From: Syntrophales bacterium
GTDB taxonomy: Bacteria > Desulfobacterota > Syntrophia > Syntrophales > PHBD01
Length of the DNA: 64,000 nt
Direction of reading: 5' to 3'
Assembly (NCBI GenBank): GCA_963668175.1
Contig: OY764159.1
Location: 3,200,001-3,264,000 of the forward strand
This document shows, piece after piece, positions 1 to 10,860 of the stretch (position 1 is the stretch's first letter; every line of letters begins with the position of its first letter). The notes below the pieces were generated by a model that was not told the origin of the DNA, ran no database searches, and saw only the letters and a program-made list of their open reading frames with translations. Made by a program: the position numbers and the translations under genes.

Positions 1-121
1 GGCGTCCGCCCCGGATCGTCGAATGCATGGCTGTCCGGACGATCAAGATATGCTCTCCTGGTTTGTTTCTTGCACAATATCCTGCTATTCATTGATCCAG
101 GGGGGGGGGCATAAGGAAACG

Positions 122-1516
122 ATGAATAATATCAATCCCTTGTTTCCATCATCCCATTTTGATCCCTCCCGAGATCGTTACAATATTCGAACATCTGGAG
201 ATAATATGCGCAATTTTGTTGCAAATGAAGGGCTTACAATCGACGCCGACGTGCTTTCTTCCATCATTGAAGACGAGATCCTCTCCACCCACTTTCAACC
301 CATCCTTTCCGTCAAGAATCCTGCGTTTCTTGCCATGGAAGGATTGGCCCGGCCGAGAACCCCCGACGGCGCAAGTATCCCGCCGAACGTTTTCTTCGCC
401 GCGGCAAGAACCTTTCGACGGGCGCTGGAGGCGGACCGCTTGTGCCGCGCCAGGGCCCTGGAGGCTTTTCGGGACATTCAGTCCGCCCTGCAACCGACCC
501 GGGATCCCCTTCTTTTTCTCAACTTCGATACTTCGCTCCTGGATCAGGGGGTTGCCGGGTCCGGCGTGCTCCTTGCGCAAGCCGCCCGCTACGGCATTGC
601 CCCCAGCCGCATCGTCATCGAGATCGTAGAGAATGCCGTGGAAGACACGGAAGCGCTGAAACAGTTCGTCGATTTCTACCGGCAGCAGGGCTTTATCATC
701 GCTCTTGACGACGTGGGCGCAGGCCATTCCAACTTCGACCGCTTCCCCCTCATCAAGCCGGACATCATCAAGGTGGACCGTTCCATCACGAGCAACATCC
801 AGGACGACTACTATAAACAGGAGGTATTCCGGGCCCTGGTCAAGCTGTCCCGGAAGATCGGCACGCTGATCCTGGCGGAAGGCGTGGAGACGGAAGAAGA
901 GGTCCTCACCGTCCTCAACTGCGACGCCGATCTCCTTCAGGGCTTCTTTTTTGCCAAGCCCGCCGCATCGTGGGAAATCCTGCACAGGGATGTAGGAGAA
1001 AAGGTGCGGATCATGGCCGACAGGCTGCGGGAATCGAGGATCGGCCATATCACACGCCTGCGCAGCCAGTTTCGCCTCTACGATGAAACGATCGACCGGA
1101 TGACGTCCCTCCTTTCGACGGCCCGGCCCGACGAGTTTACGGAGCGGCTTGCGCCCTGCCTCGCCGATTTTCCCTTTATCGAGGCGGTTTATGTCCTGGA
1201 CGGGCAGGGCGTCATGGTGACCGATACGATGCTTCAGCCCGCCGCGGAAAAAAGACTGGAGAAATTGTTCCGAAAAGCGGTAAAAGGGGACGACTTGTCG
1301 CTCAAGGAATATTTTTACCTCCTCATGTTCTCGGGCCTCAAACATTATGTGACGGAGAGCTACACATCCTTAGCGACGGGGAACCTGACCCGCACGATAT
1401 CGAGCCATTTCATCGACAGCCTGGGAAGACTGTATGTCCTGTGCATCGACGTCCTGGGGGATTTATCGCCTTCCGCAGCAGGGAAGGGATTTGAGCGCTT
1501 GCAGTTCGGTTCGTGA
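122..1516 (+). CDS. EAL-domain c-di-GMP phosphodiesterase with C-terminal PDC/Cache-like (YkuI_C-like) domain
   Basis: Motifs FQPI, MEGLAR, LFLNF, IEIVE, ALDDVGAG, IKVDR, LAEGVE, LLQGFF. ATG at 122 follows AAGGA; the ORF is open from 23. Confidence 0.9.
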   Translation: MNNINPLFPSSHFDPSRDRYNIRTSGDNMRNFVANEGLTIDADVLSSIIEDEILSTHFQPILSVKNPAFLAMEGLARPRTPDGASIPPNVFFAAARTFRRALEADRLCRARALEAFRDIQSALQPTRDPLLFLNFDTSLLDQGVAGSGVLLAQAARYGIAPSRIVIEIVENAVEDTEALKQFVDFYRQQGFIIALDDVGAGHSNFDRFPLIKPDIIKVDRSITSNIQDDYYKQEVFRALVKLSRKIGTLILAEGVETEEEVLTVLNCDADLLQGFFFAKPAASWEILHRDVGEKVRIMADRLRESRIGHITRLRSQFRLYDETIDRMTSLLSTARPDEFTERLAPCLADFPFIEAVYVLDGQGVMVTDTMLQPAAEKRLEKLFRKAVKGDDLSLKEYFYLLMFSGLKHYVTESYTSLATGNLTRTISSHFIDSLGRLYVLCIDVLGDLSPSAAGKGFERLQFGS

Positions 1517-1558
1517 AAACGCACGACAATATCCACAACAGCTGACCGAGGTATTACC

Positions 1559-2164
1559 ATGAACGTTTCCGTCCTCCTGGCACATCCCGATGCAGGGAGC
1601 TTCAATCACGCGATCGCCCGTACGGCCGTTGAGGAATTGACGCGTAACGGTCATCACGTTTTCTTCCACGACCTGTATGCCGAACGGTTCGACCCCATCC
1701 TGCCGGCATACGAAATTCCGAAAGACGCGCCGCTGCCGCCCGATATCGAGACCCATTGCCGCGAGATGGCCGAGGCGTCCGGAATCATCGTGGTCCACCC
1801 GAACTGGTGGGGACAGCCGCCGGCAATCATGAAGGGCTGGATCGATCGGGTCATCCGCGCCGGCCGGGCCTACCGGTTCGAGGAAAGCGACAAGGGCGAA
1901 GGCGTACCGGTCGGGCTGCTTGCCGGAAAGGCGGCAATGGTCTTTAACACGGCCAACACTCCGTCTGAGCGGGAACTGGAAGTCTTCGGCGATCCCCTGG
2001 AGACCCTATGGAAGAACGCCGTCTTCGGATTGTGCGGCATATCCAGGTTTCATCGCGAAATGTTTACCGTGGTCGTCACGAGCACGGGGGAAGAACGCCA
2101 AGCCTGGCTTGCGAAGGTCAGGAAAACCGTGAACGAATACTTCCCGTCGGAACGGCACCGGTAA
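1559..2164 (+). CDS. Flavodoxin-fold NAD(P)H-dependent (quinone) oxidoreductase
   Basis: AHPDAGSFN, DLYAERFDP, HPNWWGQPPAIMKGWIDRV; GAGG RBS. Confidence 0.9.
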   Translation: MNVSVLLAHPDAGSFNHAIARTAVEELTRNGHHVFFHDLYAERFDPILPAYEIPKDAPLPPDIETHCREMAEASGIIVVHPNWWGQPPAIMKGWIDRVIRAGRAYRFEESDKGEGVPVGLLAGKAAMVFNTANTPSERELEVFGDPLETLWKNAVFGLCGISRFHREMFTVVVTSTGEERQAWLAKVRKTVNEYFPSERHR

Positions 2165-2478
2165 CGGTTGCGTTCGGAAGTCGGCAGGTGCGGCGGGAAC
2201 GACCGGCGCCACCCTTCCGACTTATCGTGCCGGTGCGATCAACGCATCGAGGGCATCGCCATTCCGCAAATAACTTCACGTCACTATCATTATAATCTTT
2301 ATATATATTGACATTATTATAACATTGAATTATCAAGAGTTATCAAAGCATATTGACCGGGGGGGAATATGTCGTTTCATGCCGCGCCTAAACCAGCCTG
2401 CGGTCCCCTTATGATTCTCCAAGTGATCTTTGCCGTGCCTGCCGTCGCATCGCCGCCATAACCCGCAAGGAGTCCGCC

Positions 2479-3630
2479 ATGCTGAAAAAGTCCATACTGC
2501 CCTTCCTGATTATCCTGATACTCGCCGGAGCTGTTTCCTGCAGAAAACCCTACCTGCTGCCCCAGCCACTGGGAGAAATCAGCAGACAGAACGTCATTGA
2601 CAAACATTTAAGGGATAAAAGTCTTGATGACGTGGAAGGACTATGGGTCTGGGCTGATAACAATTATGAAGTAGCCATTATCAAGAATCCGTCATCGCAT
2701 AATCAACCGTGTGATTACGTGGCCATCGTTACCGACCGGAGAGATAAATACTGGTCTTTAGGCGAAACGAAAATGTTATTAAAAAAAACGGCTGCATCAA
2801 GACTGTTCTCAACAAAATACTATATGTGGGCAAAGTACGATGTCGGCACAACGTTAGTCCTTGTTCATGAAAACCTTATTGAAATGAGTCTTCCGACAGG
2901 ACGTTACGGCTTGTTGCGGAAAACACAGCTCATCAGAACGTATCCGCAAGGCAAGCCTCAGTCTGCCGCCCCGGGATCTGCTGCCACGGGAACCGGTTTC
3001 TTCATCTCCGAAGATGTCGTTGCAACGAATCACCACATCATTGAAGGGAGAAACGACATTACCGTCACCGTGAGCGGGACCAAGATACCGGCCAAGATAC
3101 TCGTCAAGGATATGATGAACGACTTGGCACTTCTAAAGGTCCTTTGGAAGACAAAAGATCAGCAGCAATCCCTGGGTTCATTTCCAGTCAACATCGGTGA
3201 TGTCCGGGAAACGAAAGAAGGCGATAAAGTCTTCTGTGTCGGCTACCCCCTGGAATCATTATTGGGAACACACGCCAAAATCAGTGAAGGCATCGTCAAC
3301 AGTGTCTTTGGCATCAAAGACGACCCGCGGGAGTTCCAGATCAGCATACCCATCCAACCGGGAAACAGCGGCAGCCCGCTGTTTAACGAGAAAGGCCAGG
3401 TCATCGGCGTCGTATCAGCCCGATTGAAGAATCTCTATTCAAATTCGAGCGAGCTCTTAGTACCCCAGAATGTCAATTTTGCAGTCAAAATAAACTATTT
3501 AGCCAACCTCACTTCCCTGGCCCCCGACAAAATCGCTCTTAAGTCCGGTATCAGCACACGGAATTATACCGCGGCCCAGATCATGTCATCCCATGGGAAA
3601 TCCGTCGTCTTCATTGAAGCAAAAAAGTGA
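2479..3630 (+). CDS. Lipoprotein with C-terminal trypsin-like (S1, HtrA-like, no PDZ) serine protease domain
   Basis: Lipobox-like AVSC; GTGFF, TNHH, DLALL, PGNSGSPL (catalytic triad intact); AGGAG RBS. Confidence 0.85.
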   Translation: MLKKSILPFLIILILAGAVSCRKPYLLPQPLGEISRQNVIDKHLRDKSLDDVEGLWVWADNNYEVAIIKNPSSHNQPCDYVAIVTDRRDKYWSLGETKMLLKKTAASRLFSTKYYMWAKYDVGTTLVLVHENLIEMSLPTGRYGLLRKTQLIRTYPQGKPQSAAPGSAATGTGFFISEDVVATNHHIIEGRNDITVTVSGTKIPAKILVKDMMNDLALLKVLWKTKDQQQSLGSFPVNIGDVRETKEGDKVFCVGYPLESLLGTHAKISEGIVNSVFGIKDDPREFQISIPIQPGNSGSPLFNEKGQVIGVVSARLKNLYSNSSELLVPQNVNFAVKINYLANLTSLAPDKIALKSGISTRNYTAAQIMSSHGKSVVFIEAKK

Positions 3631-3863
3631 TCTGCCTCACGGAAAAAAGCCGCCGTCTATGACAGGCTGGCCCCGTGGTTGTGGCAACGCCTATTGGGCG
3701 GGATGTCGTGGAGGCAACCGGCGATTTGCGACCTAGGGGGCGCCGTTGCCTTCACCTTCCTTCCATAGGGGTTCGCCGATTTCCCGCCCATCAGGCAACG
3801 GATCGGTGGAACCCTGAGAATATACCGGCAGCGGCATGCATGCGTTACAGGAAAGGAAAAATC

Positions 3864-4280
3864 ATGAAATCGCGATACAAACTGATCATGTACGTCATCT
3901 TTTGTATCCTTTTATTACAAGCGATTCCGGCAACGGCCGGCGACCGGGCCGACGATGCCGCTATCGCTCTCCTGCAGAGCTTTATGGCCGATCCGGCGGC
4001 CCGGGCGGATTACGCATCCCGGAATCCTCAGGCCCGGCAGGCGGAGTTGCAGCTTCAGCAATTCCCGCCGGCCGTTCAGAAAAGGATCGAACGGGTCGTG
4101 ATCATGATCATGGAGGAAAGCGGCTCCGGGGCGTCCCGGCATGTTGAGGCCGCGAAGGCATCGGGTCCGGAAGGCGCCTTCCTTTCCTTTTCGCCCGCCG
4201 TGCAACGGGAAATTGCAGCCATCGCAAGGGAGCTGGCAAAAGACCCGGAGTTCATGAAAAAAGCGGGGGCCGGGAAATAA
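3864..4280 (+). CDS. Hypothetical secreted helical protein
   Basis: AAGGA RBS, signal peptide MKSRYK...PATA, GC3-biased codons. Confidence 0.7.
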   Translation: MKSRYKLIMYVIFCILLLQAIPATAGDRADDAAIALLQSFMADPAARADYASRNPQARQAELQLQQFPPAVQKRIERVVIMIMEESGSGASRHVEAAKASGPEGAFLSFSPAVQREIAAIARELAKDPEFMKKAGAGK

Positions 4281-4457
4281 GCGCTAAAGTTTGAGTCATT
4301 CCTCTCTCGGCAGTCCTCACCCTCGGCGCCCGGCGGAACTGGTGCAAACCGGTCCTCCGGGCGCAACGGGGTATGGGGGCGCGACATAAGACCGGTTCTA
4401 CCCGCGGACACAGCTTTTTCTTCAGAAATTATTGCAATCGGGATGAATCAGAATAAT

Positions 4458-4490
4458 AAAAGGCAGATTCCGCTGGTATCTGCCTTTTTT
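4458..4490. terminator. Bidirectional intrinsic terminator between convergent genes
   Basis: AAAAGGCAGAT...ATCTGCCTTTTTT inverted repeat with A and T tracts. Confidence 0.8.
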
Positions 4491-4554
4491 GTCTTGTACG
4501 GGAAATGCCGGATTTTAGAGGACCCGGCTTACCCGATATGGATGGACAGTGATC

Positions 4555-4755
4555 TTACAGGGGCTTGACGTTTTCCGCCGCCGGACCCTTCTGGCCCTGG
4601 ACGATATCAAAGCTGACGCGCTGGCCTTCACTCAGCGTCTTGAAGCCGCTGGTCTGAATGGCACTGAAATGTACAAATACATCCCCGCCTTCATCTTTTT
4701 CGATGAATCCGAAACCTTTGCCTTCGTTGAACCACTTCACTTTACCTTCTGCCAT
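4555..4755 (-). CDS. cspA: Cold-shock protein
   Basis: [15 protein letters not shown] (RNP1), DVFVHFSAI (RNP2), [16 protein letters not shown]. Confidence 0.97.
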   Translation of the reverse strand: MAEGKVKWFNEGKGFGFIEKDEGGDVFVHFSAIQTSGFKTLSEGQRVSFDIVQGQKGPAAENVKPL

Positions 4756-5027
4756 AATTTGCCTCCTCCTCTCTTCGAATTTCTCTTCAGTCGGATCTCC
4801 ACTATGACAGGGTAAAAAAAACCACCGATGCCTAGATAGGATGGTGGTCTGCCTGACTTCAAACGTATCAATCCAAACTTACTTAGCAATGGGCTCATTA
4901 TCAGCCCTTTCCGCCGCTGTCAAGGACTTTTTTTACGCACAGTCATTTTTTTTGCCGTGACCCAAGCCTTATTCGTCTCTGCAGGAGGGGCCGACACAAA
5001 CCGACTGAGAAAGGGCGGAGGAGGTGT

Positions 5028-6761
5028 TCAGGCGGCCTCCGCCTTACCCATAGCGGGCTGCCATTTTCCCGTCCGGGCCGGGCGGCCGGCGGGCTTTTTC
5101 TTTTCCAGAAGAAGGGCGGCCTCATTCTTTTCGCAGAAACATGCGGGTTCGTAAGTCCAGCCGGCGGCCATCCTCGCATCTTCCCGCTTCATCAAAAAAT
5201 AGGCGTACCGGCCCACAACGGGAGTAAGCACACGGGGCATCAGGCCGAATGCGGCATAAATGTCCTTAAGGAGGCGGTCGGCGCGGTCGGCTATACGGCG
5301 GTCATTGCGATACCACTTTCTGATGACCCAGACGGCGGCTGCATAGGTCGAGCGCAGCGGATAGACCTCCCAGGCGTAACGATCCCTGACGCGGGGCGGA
5401 TCGTTCCTGTGTTTGAGCCAGCCGTCCAGCATGACGCGGATCAACCGCAGCAGGCTGGGTCCGTTAACTTTGAAGTCGCGCCGGAAGGCTTCGAGGAGAT
5501 ATGTCTCTTCCGCACCGTCTTTGATATGGGGATGGCGATAATTGAAGCGGTACTGGCCGTGGGCGTCCGCATGGGAAAATTCCGATTCCGGGAGAAGATT
5601 TCCCGCGCGTTGATGCTCGGCATAAAGCGGTGTCCCGGGAACGGGCGTATAGAGCATGAACTGATGGAACACCGTTTCATGGCTGACCGCATAATCGATG
5701 ACTGCGTCCATGTTTTCCGGCCGGTGGTCTTCCAGGCCGATGATCGACGAACCGAGGACGCGGATGCCGTGCGACTGCAATTCGGACACCAGGGTGCGGG
5801 AGTCAACGCCTTTCAGCTTGTTGTAGGCGCTCTCCTCGCCTTCCAGCCCCATCCAGACCCAGCTGATTCCCAGCCTCACCAGTTGATCGATCGTGTAAGA
5901 TTTGAGAACCCGGGCCGAACTGAAGACGAAAATCGCCCACTTCTTGTTGTGGGCCTCCATCAGTTCGAGGAGCCTGAGCGCCCTCTTCCTGTGCAGGAGG
6001 AAATTCTCGTCCAGGGTGAAAAAGGAGCGAACCTTGAGCTTCTTTTCAATGTCGCACATGACGTCAAAGAGCTCGTCGCCCGTTTCAAAGAAATGGACGC
6101 AGTTTCCCTTGCCGCCGAAGAGGGCGGACGTCGCGCAGAAGTTGCAGCCTACGGGACAGCCGACGGATGGAATGAGGATGGCCGCCGTGCCGCCGGGTCT
6201 GCCGCCGAGATCGACGCCTATGATCCGGGAGCCGAATCCGGACACGGACGCTATATGGCGTATAGGCATCTTGTCGTCCTGTCCCAGGTATCGCTGAAAC
6301 CAGCGGATGCCTTCACCGCGGACGATGATGTCGGCGTCGATCATCTCCTCAAGCCCTTCCTTGCCGGCGATATGGCCTCCGATGACGATCGTGGCCGCGG
6401 GCTGATACTGCCGGATGAGCCGGCACATCTCTTTCACTTTACCCACATTGGGAAGGATTGCGCTGATGCCGATAATATCGTAGGCGTGTTCGCGGATCTC
6501 CGCAACAAAGCGTTCGTAATCGGGGAAATCAAGAAGTGTACAGGGGGCATCGAGATTGGCCTGGATCATCATGATGCCGAAGGAACGGTGAAACATGCGG
6601 AGCGAGAACCCTCCCTGAACGCGGGTCACCTGGTTCTGATAAAGCTCCATGGGGTTTATTTTTCGGCTGCCGAATTCGTCGTCCCGGGCGTAGGGTCCGA
6701 AAACACTGGTCAGAAGAATGCGGGCGTTGGCTCCAAGGGGATGTCGAGCGTGGGTGTTCAT
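5028..6761 (-). CDS. Cobalamin-dependent radical SAM protein
   Basis: N-terminal B12-binding-like Rossmann segment (DIIGIS...IVIGG...RGEG) followed by GCPVGCNFC CxxxCxxC, DENF, MGLE, YTPVPGT. Confidence 0.88.
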   Translation of the reverse strand: MNTHARHPLGANARILLTSVFGPYARDDEFGSRKINPMELYQNQVTRVQGGFSLRMFHRSFGIMMIQANLDAPCTLLDFPDYERFVAEIREHAYDIIGISAILPNVGKVKEMCRLIRQYQPAATIVIGGHIAGKEGLEEMIDADIIVRGEGIRWFQRYLGQDDKMPIRHIASVSGFGSRIIGVDLGGRPGGTAAILIPSVGCPVGCNFCATSALFGGKGNCVHFFETGDELFDVMCDIEKKLKVRSFFTLDENFLLHRKRALRLLELMEAHNKKWAIFVFSSARVLKSYTIDQLVRLGISWVWMGLEGEESAYNKLKGVDSRTLVSELQSHGIRVLGSSIIGLEDHRPENMDAVIDYAVSHETVFHQFMLYTPVPGTPLYAEHQRAGNLLPESEFSHADAHGQYRFNYRHPHIKDGAEETYLLEAFRRDFKVNGPSLLRLIRVMLDGWLKHRNDPPRVRDRYAWEVYPLRSTYAAAVWVIRKWYRNDRRIADRADRLLKDIYAAFGLMPRVLTPVVGRYAYFLMKREDARMAAGWTYEPACFCEKNEAALLLEKKKPAGRPARTGKWQPAMGKAEAA

Positions 6762-6849
6762 GTTGTTCTACTCCTTAAGCGGCGATGCTGTTTTTTCGTT
6801 GCCGTATCGTTAATGCATCCCGCGCCGAATGAAAAGCCCCAAGTTGCCG

Positions 6850-6868
6850 TTTTACAATACTTTTACAA
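6850..6868 (-). promoter_or_regulatory. 11-bp-phased direct repeat, OmpR/PhoB-family-like box upstream of the radical SAM gene
   Basis: TTTTACAA at 6850 and 6861. Confidence 0.4.
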
Positions 6869-7307
6869 AGTGCATGGACCTCATCCCAGCGGACCCCGGG
6901 AATTCGTCTTCGCGATCCAGCGGCCGTTGGCCACCCGTCGGTAAGCACAACCCCTGACCGCTTGCTGCCGTTCCGTCTCCGGGCGACACGTCTCCCCCCC
7001 CTCCTCTTCTCTAAACTGGATACAAAATAACCATACGGATACCCTGATATGGATACATATGACCCATATTATTATATATCAGATCGTCGCCCCCGGAGAT
7101 CATTCAAGATTATTTCATGCAATATCATGAAGTTACGAATCTTTACTCTTTATGGTTTGCTTCTTGCTCCTCTCATCGAGCAATACGGCAAGGGAGGGAA
7201 AGACCGGATCGTGACACCGGTTCCGGTAACGCATTTCGCTCATCCCATCCCGGCCGTGCGGCAGCCGCGTCATCAACACCGAATGTTCGTAAAGGGGGTA
7301 TCGAACG

Positions 7308-8564
7308 ATGTATTTTCAGATCATCACGACGTATCTGCTTTCAGGCGTCGCCTGGATTTTATTGGTGGAGTGGGGGTTGAGGATCTATTTCGCGCATATC
7401 AGACAGAAAAACTATTTCGTTCATCTTCCCAGATTGCGCAAGACATACCGCGCCATGCTGGGAATAGTTTCAGGGACGGCGCCCGTGATCCGCTTCCGCA
7501 CAAACTCGGAGGGGATCAGGGGCGATGAATTCTCGCCGGAACAGCAATACCGCATTCTCGCGGTCGGCGGCAGTTCCACGGAATGCCAGTTTCTGGACCA
7601 GGAGAAGACATGGCCGGCCCTTCTGCAAAAGAAGCTGAACAGGCAACCATCGGCACGGGTTTGGGTGGGCAATATCGGCAAGTCCGGCCTCTGTTCGCGG
7701 GAATTTTACATGCACATGAAGTACCTGCTCCCCCAATACCCGAAGATCGATACGGTCATCGTCCTCGCCAGTATCAACAATTTCGTGAGGCCCCTGATCG
7801 AGGCCGAGCGTTACGATCCCTGTTTCCTGGAACATTACGACGACTGGGAAAAGCGCCTGATCCGCGGGGCGTTTGCAAAGACGCCGTATTTCAGGAAGAA
7901 ATTCCGGTTCCGTCCCGGTTATTACGACGAAACGGCCATCGGCTTCCTCGTGAAACAGTTCCACTACCGTTACATGCAGAAGACGCTTTATAAAGATAAG
8001 AAAGAGGGGCTTCTGACCCTCCGGCGCGACCGTCTCCGTGCGTCCGAAGTCATTAATGCCCTCCCGGATTTGACGCCGGGGATCCAGGAGTATATGCACA
8101 ATCTCCACGCCATGATCGACATGGCGGCGGAAAGGTCGGTCCGCCTCGTCTTCATAACGCAGCCCACCCTTTGGAAAAAGAATATGACCGAGCGGGAAAA
8201 GGGCCTCCTGTGGAACGGATGGGCCGGAAGCAGGAAGGACCGGCGTTACTATGACGCCGATGCGCTGGCGAGCGGGATGGAGCAATACAACGGCAAGCTG
8301 AAGAAAGTCTGCCAGGCCCGCAAGGTCGAGTGCATAGACCTTGCCGCCCTGATGCCCAAGGATGCATCCGTATTCTATGACGACTGCCACTTCACCGAAT
8401 ACGGCGCACAACTGGCCGCAGACATCATTTACAAGCACCTGGCCCGCAGGGAACCCTTTCTCCACAGGCAGCGGCCCATGACGCCTCTCAATGTCCATCG
8501 CCTTTTCCCTGACCCTGCGCATGGCCGGGATATGCCGCAGAAGAGGCGGTATTCCCTGGGTTGA
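7308..8564 (+). CDS. Membrane-anchored SGNH/GDSL hydrolase
   Basis: N-terminal TM, TNSEGIRG, RILAVGGSST, NIGKSG, SINN, DDCHFT. Confidence 0.85.
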   Translation: MYFQIITTYLLSGVAWILLVEWGLRIYFAHIRQKNYFVHLPRLRKTYRAMLGIVSGTAPVIRFRTNSEGIRGDEFSPEQQYRILAVGGSSTECQFLDQEKTWPALLQKKLNRQPSARVWVGNIGKSGLCSREFYMHMKYLLPQYPKIDTVIVLASINNFVRPLIEAERYDPCFLEHYDDWEKRLIRGAFAKTPYFRKKFRFRPGYYDETAIGFLVKQFHYRYMQKTLYKDKKEGLLTLRRDRLRASEVINALPDLTPGIQEYMHNLHAMIDMAAERSVRLVFITQPTLWKKNMTEREKGLLWNGWAGSRKDRRYYDADALASGMEQYNGKLKKVCQARKVECIDLAALMPKDASVFYDDCHFTEYGAQLAADIIYKHLARREPFLHRQRPMTPLNVHRLFPDPAHGRDMPQKRRYSLG

Positions 8565-8611
8565 CATATGACCATCGATTATGTTTCAACAACGGCCGAG
8601 GAGTCTCCCTT

Positions 8612-9397
8612 ATGTCGAAAAGAACCGGCGTCTTTTTACTATGCTTTTTAATTACGGCCTTATTATCGGCGTGCAGTACGCCGCACCCAAAAGACACGTC
8701 TTTTAACGCCCGCCGCAGCGAGAGGACCGCCATGGCGAAATACGACATCATCATGATCGCCGCCGCGAAACAAACGGCTCCCGGAGGGCCGTCCGAAGCC
8801 CGGAGCGTGGAAACGCTCTTCGCAGAGGGAACGGCGCGGTACCGCAACGAGGACGACGCCGTGAGCATGGAATGGCAGCCGGGACCTATCGACGTGACGG
8901 TTGCCATCCGCAACAAAACGGCATCCCCGATGCAAATCATCTGGAATGAGGCGCGATTCATCGACGAAAAGGGCGTCAGCCGCCGTCTCATCCATGCCGG
9001 AATCGGTTACGACGAAAGGAACCTGCCCCAGCCGCCGACGGTTGTTGCCGCAGGGAACGTTATCAACGATTTTGTTCATCCCGTGGACTATTTTCAGTGG
9101 GAGGCTGTCCGGGGACCGGGATCGGATTCGACACAGGGATACTGGGACAGGACGCCGTTTCTGCCGACCCGGAACCAGGACGGAACGGTGGACGATTTAA
9201 GAGTGAAGGCCGCAGCCATGGTCGGCAAGACTTTTCAGGTCATGCTTCCGCTGACGATTGGACAGGTCAGGACCGGCTATCTGTGCACTTTCCGGATCAA
9301 CTACGCCGACGTCATTCTGACGGAGGAACCGAGGGGCAGGAATCAGGGCGACCGGGAGGGCGGCGGCGAAAGAACGGGCAGGAGACGTCCCCGGTAA
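8612..9397 (+). CDS. Hypothetical lipoprotein
   Basis: Lipobox LSAC after a hydrophobic stretch; GAGGAG RBS. Confidence 0.75.
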   Translation: MSKRTGVFLLCFLITALLSACSTPHPKDTSFNARRSERTAMAKYDIIMIAAAKQTAPGGPSEARSVETLFAEGTARYRNEDDAVSMEWQPGPIDVTVAIRNKTASPMQIIWNEARFIDEKGVSRRLIHAGIGYDERNLPQPPTVVAAGNVINDFVHPVDYFQWEAVRGPGSDSTQGYWDRTPFLPTRNQDGTVDDLRVKAAAMVGKTFQVMLPLTIGQVRTGYLCTFRINYADVILTEEPRGRNQGDREGGGERTGRRRPR

Positions 9398-9552
9398 CTC
9401 TTTCGTCCGGATACCGGGCCGGTCCTCCGGCAAACCGGCCAAATCTGAAACGCCTATCTTTTTATTAGCCAACCAACCGCCGATCATGTTATATTTGTAA
9501 GGTAAAAATACGTTTCACTCTATCCGGCAGGAGGGTATTCGGCTTCGCTCCC

Positions 9553-10425
9553 ATGATCTCCCTTACGGCAGAACTCAATCAGCTATCCCGTTATTGCGGA
9601 TCGCTGTCCCGGCCGCTCTTAAATGCGGCCGCGCTGATCCTTGTCGTCCTGATCGGTCTCGTCGATTACCTCACCGGCTATGAAATCGAACTGGCCATTT
9701 TCTATATCGCCCCAATTGCCGTCTCCAGCTGGTTTGCAGGCCGGAAAAGCGGTTTGTTCATCGCAATCGCGAGCACAGCCGTCATCTTAATCGCCAATAT
9801 AGGAGGAGGAAAGGCTTATTCCCTGCCCCTTATAGCGTTCTGGAACATCATGGCCGTCTTCGGTTTCTTTCTCGGCGCGGTCTTCTCCTTGTCGTCACTT
9901 AAGGATACGCTGGAGAAAGAGAGGCTGCACGCCCGGACCGACTCCCTCACCGGCGCCATCAACTCCGGGCATTTCAAATTCCTCGTCTACCTGGAGATCG
10001 AGCGTTGCCGCCGCTACCAGAGGCCCTTCACGTTCGCCTATATCGACTGCGACAATTTCAAACTGTTAAACGACCGCTTCGGGCATCACATCGGCGACGA
10101 GATGCTGATCCTGGTCGCCCGGATCATGCACGAAAACGTCAGGAAGACCGATATCGTGGCCCGTCTCGGCGGCGACGAATTCGGCATCCTGCTGCCGGAA
10201 ACGGGGGAACAACAGGGCATCGCCGCGATGCAGAAGCTCAGGACCGTGCTCCTTGAGGCCGTGCGGCAAAGGAATTGGCCGATCACCCTGAGCATCGGCA
10301 TCGTGACGTATCTCCGGGCGCCTTCGGTCATCGACGACGTCATCAGGGCCGCCGACAATCTCATGTACACGGTCAAAAAATCGGGAAAGGACAATCTGCT
10401 CCACGAAACGCATCATACCATCTAG
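9553..10425 (+). CDS. Membrane-bound diguanylate cyclase
   Basis: About four TM helices, TDSLTG, DCDNFK, GHHIGD, RKTD (RxxD I-site) and GGDEF. Confidence 0.93.
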   Translation: MISLTAELNQLSRYCGSLSRPLLNAAALILVVLIGLVDYLTGYEIELAIFYIAPIAVSSWFAGRKSGLFIAIASTAVILIANIGGGKAYSLPLIAFWNIMAVFGFFLGAVFSLSSLKDTLEKERLHARTDSLTGAINSGHFKFLVYLEIERCRRYQRPFTFAYIDCDNFKLLNDRFGHHIGDEMLILVARIMHENVRKTDIVARLGGDEFGILLPETGEQQGIAAMQKLRTVLLEAVRQRNWPITLSIGIVTYLRAPSVIDDVIRAADNLMYTVKKSGKDNLLHETHHTI

Positions 10426-10546
10426 CCAAAGACCGCCATATCGCTGAAAGGCCGGGCCAACGGTACCTGGTACCGATGATCCGGCCTTTCAGAACATGGT
10501 CTCTTCCTTTCGCCCGGGAAAGATATCCCGTAAGACGTCAGGTCAA

Positions 10547-10828
10547 CTACGCTTTTTTCTTCGGTTCTGTGAACGCATCGAATTTCTTGTAGTGCTCGTC
10601 CGCGGCTGCTTTGAAATCGACTGCACCCTTCTTGCAGGCATTGATCCAATCGTTGACGAACTTCTTGCTCTCTTCGGGTACCCAGGGTGACTTATCCATC
10701 GACTGGCTGATCAGTTTTTCCGTGCTTTCCTGGATCATAGCCATCGTCTGGAAGCTGTTGTCCATCGCGGTCTTGTAAGCGCCGCTCATCTGTTTCGCCA
10801 TGCTAGCATATTCCTTTGTGAAATCCAT
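10547..10828 (-). CDS. Small helical phasin-like protein
   Basis: 93 aa amphipathic sequence (KTAMDNSFQTMAMIQESTEK...WVPEESKK) resembling a recurrent deltaproteobacterial small-protein family; AAGGA RBS. Confidence 0.7.
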   Translation of the reverse strand: MDFTKEYASMAKQMSGAYKTAMDNSFQTMAMIQESTEKLISQSMDKSPWVPEESKKFVNDWINACKKGAVDFKAAADEHYKKFDAFTEPKKKA

Positions 10829-10860
10829 TTTTTGTATCCTTTCACGATTTATTTTAGCCT

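Noticed and set aside
3810..3860. CTGAGA...ATACC resembling a TPP riboswitch core
   Set aside because: The downstream ACCTG / TAAT / GCG-AGG elements are missing and there is no thiamine-related gene.
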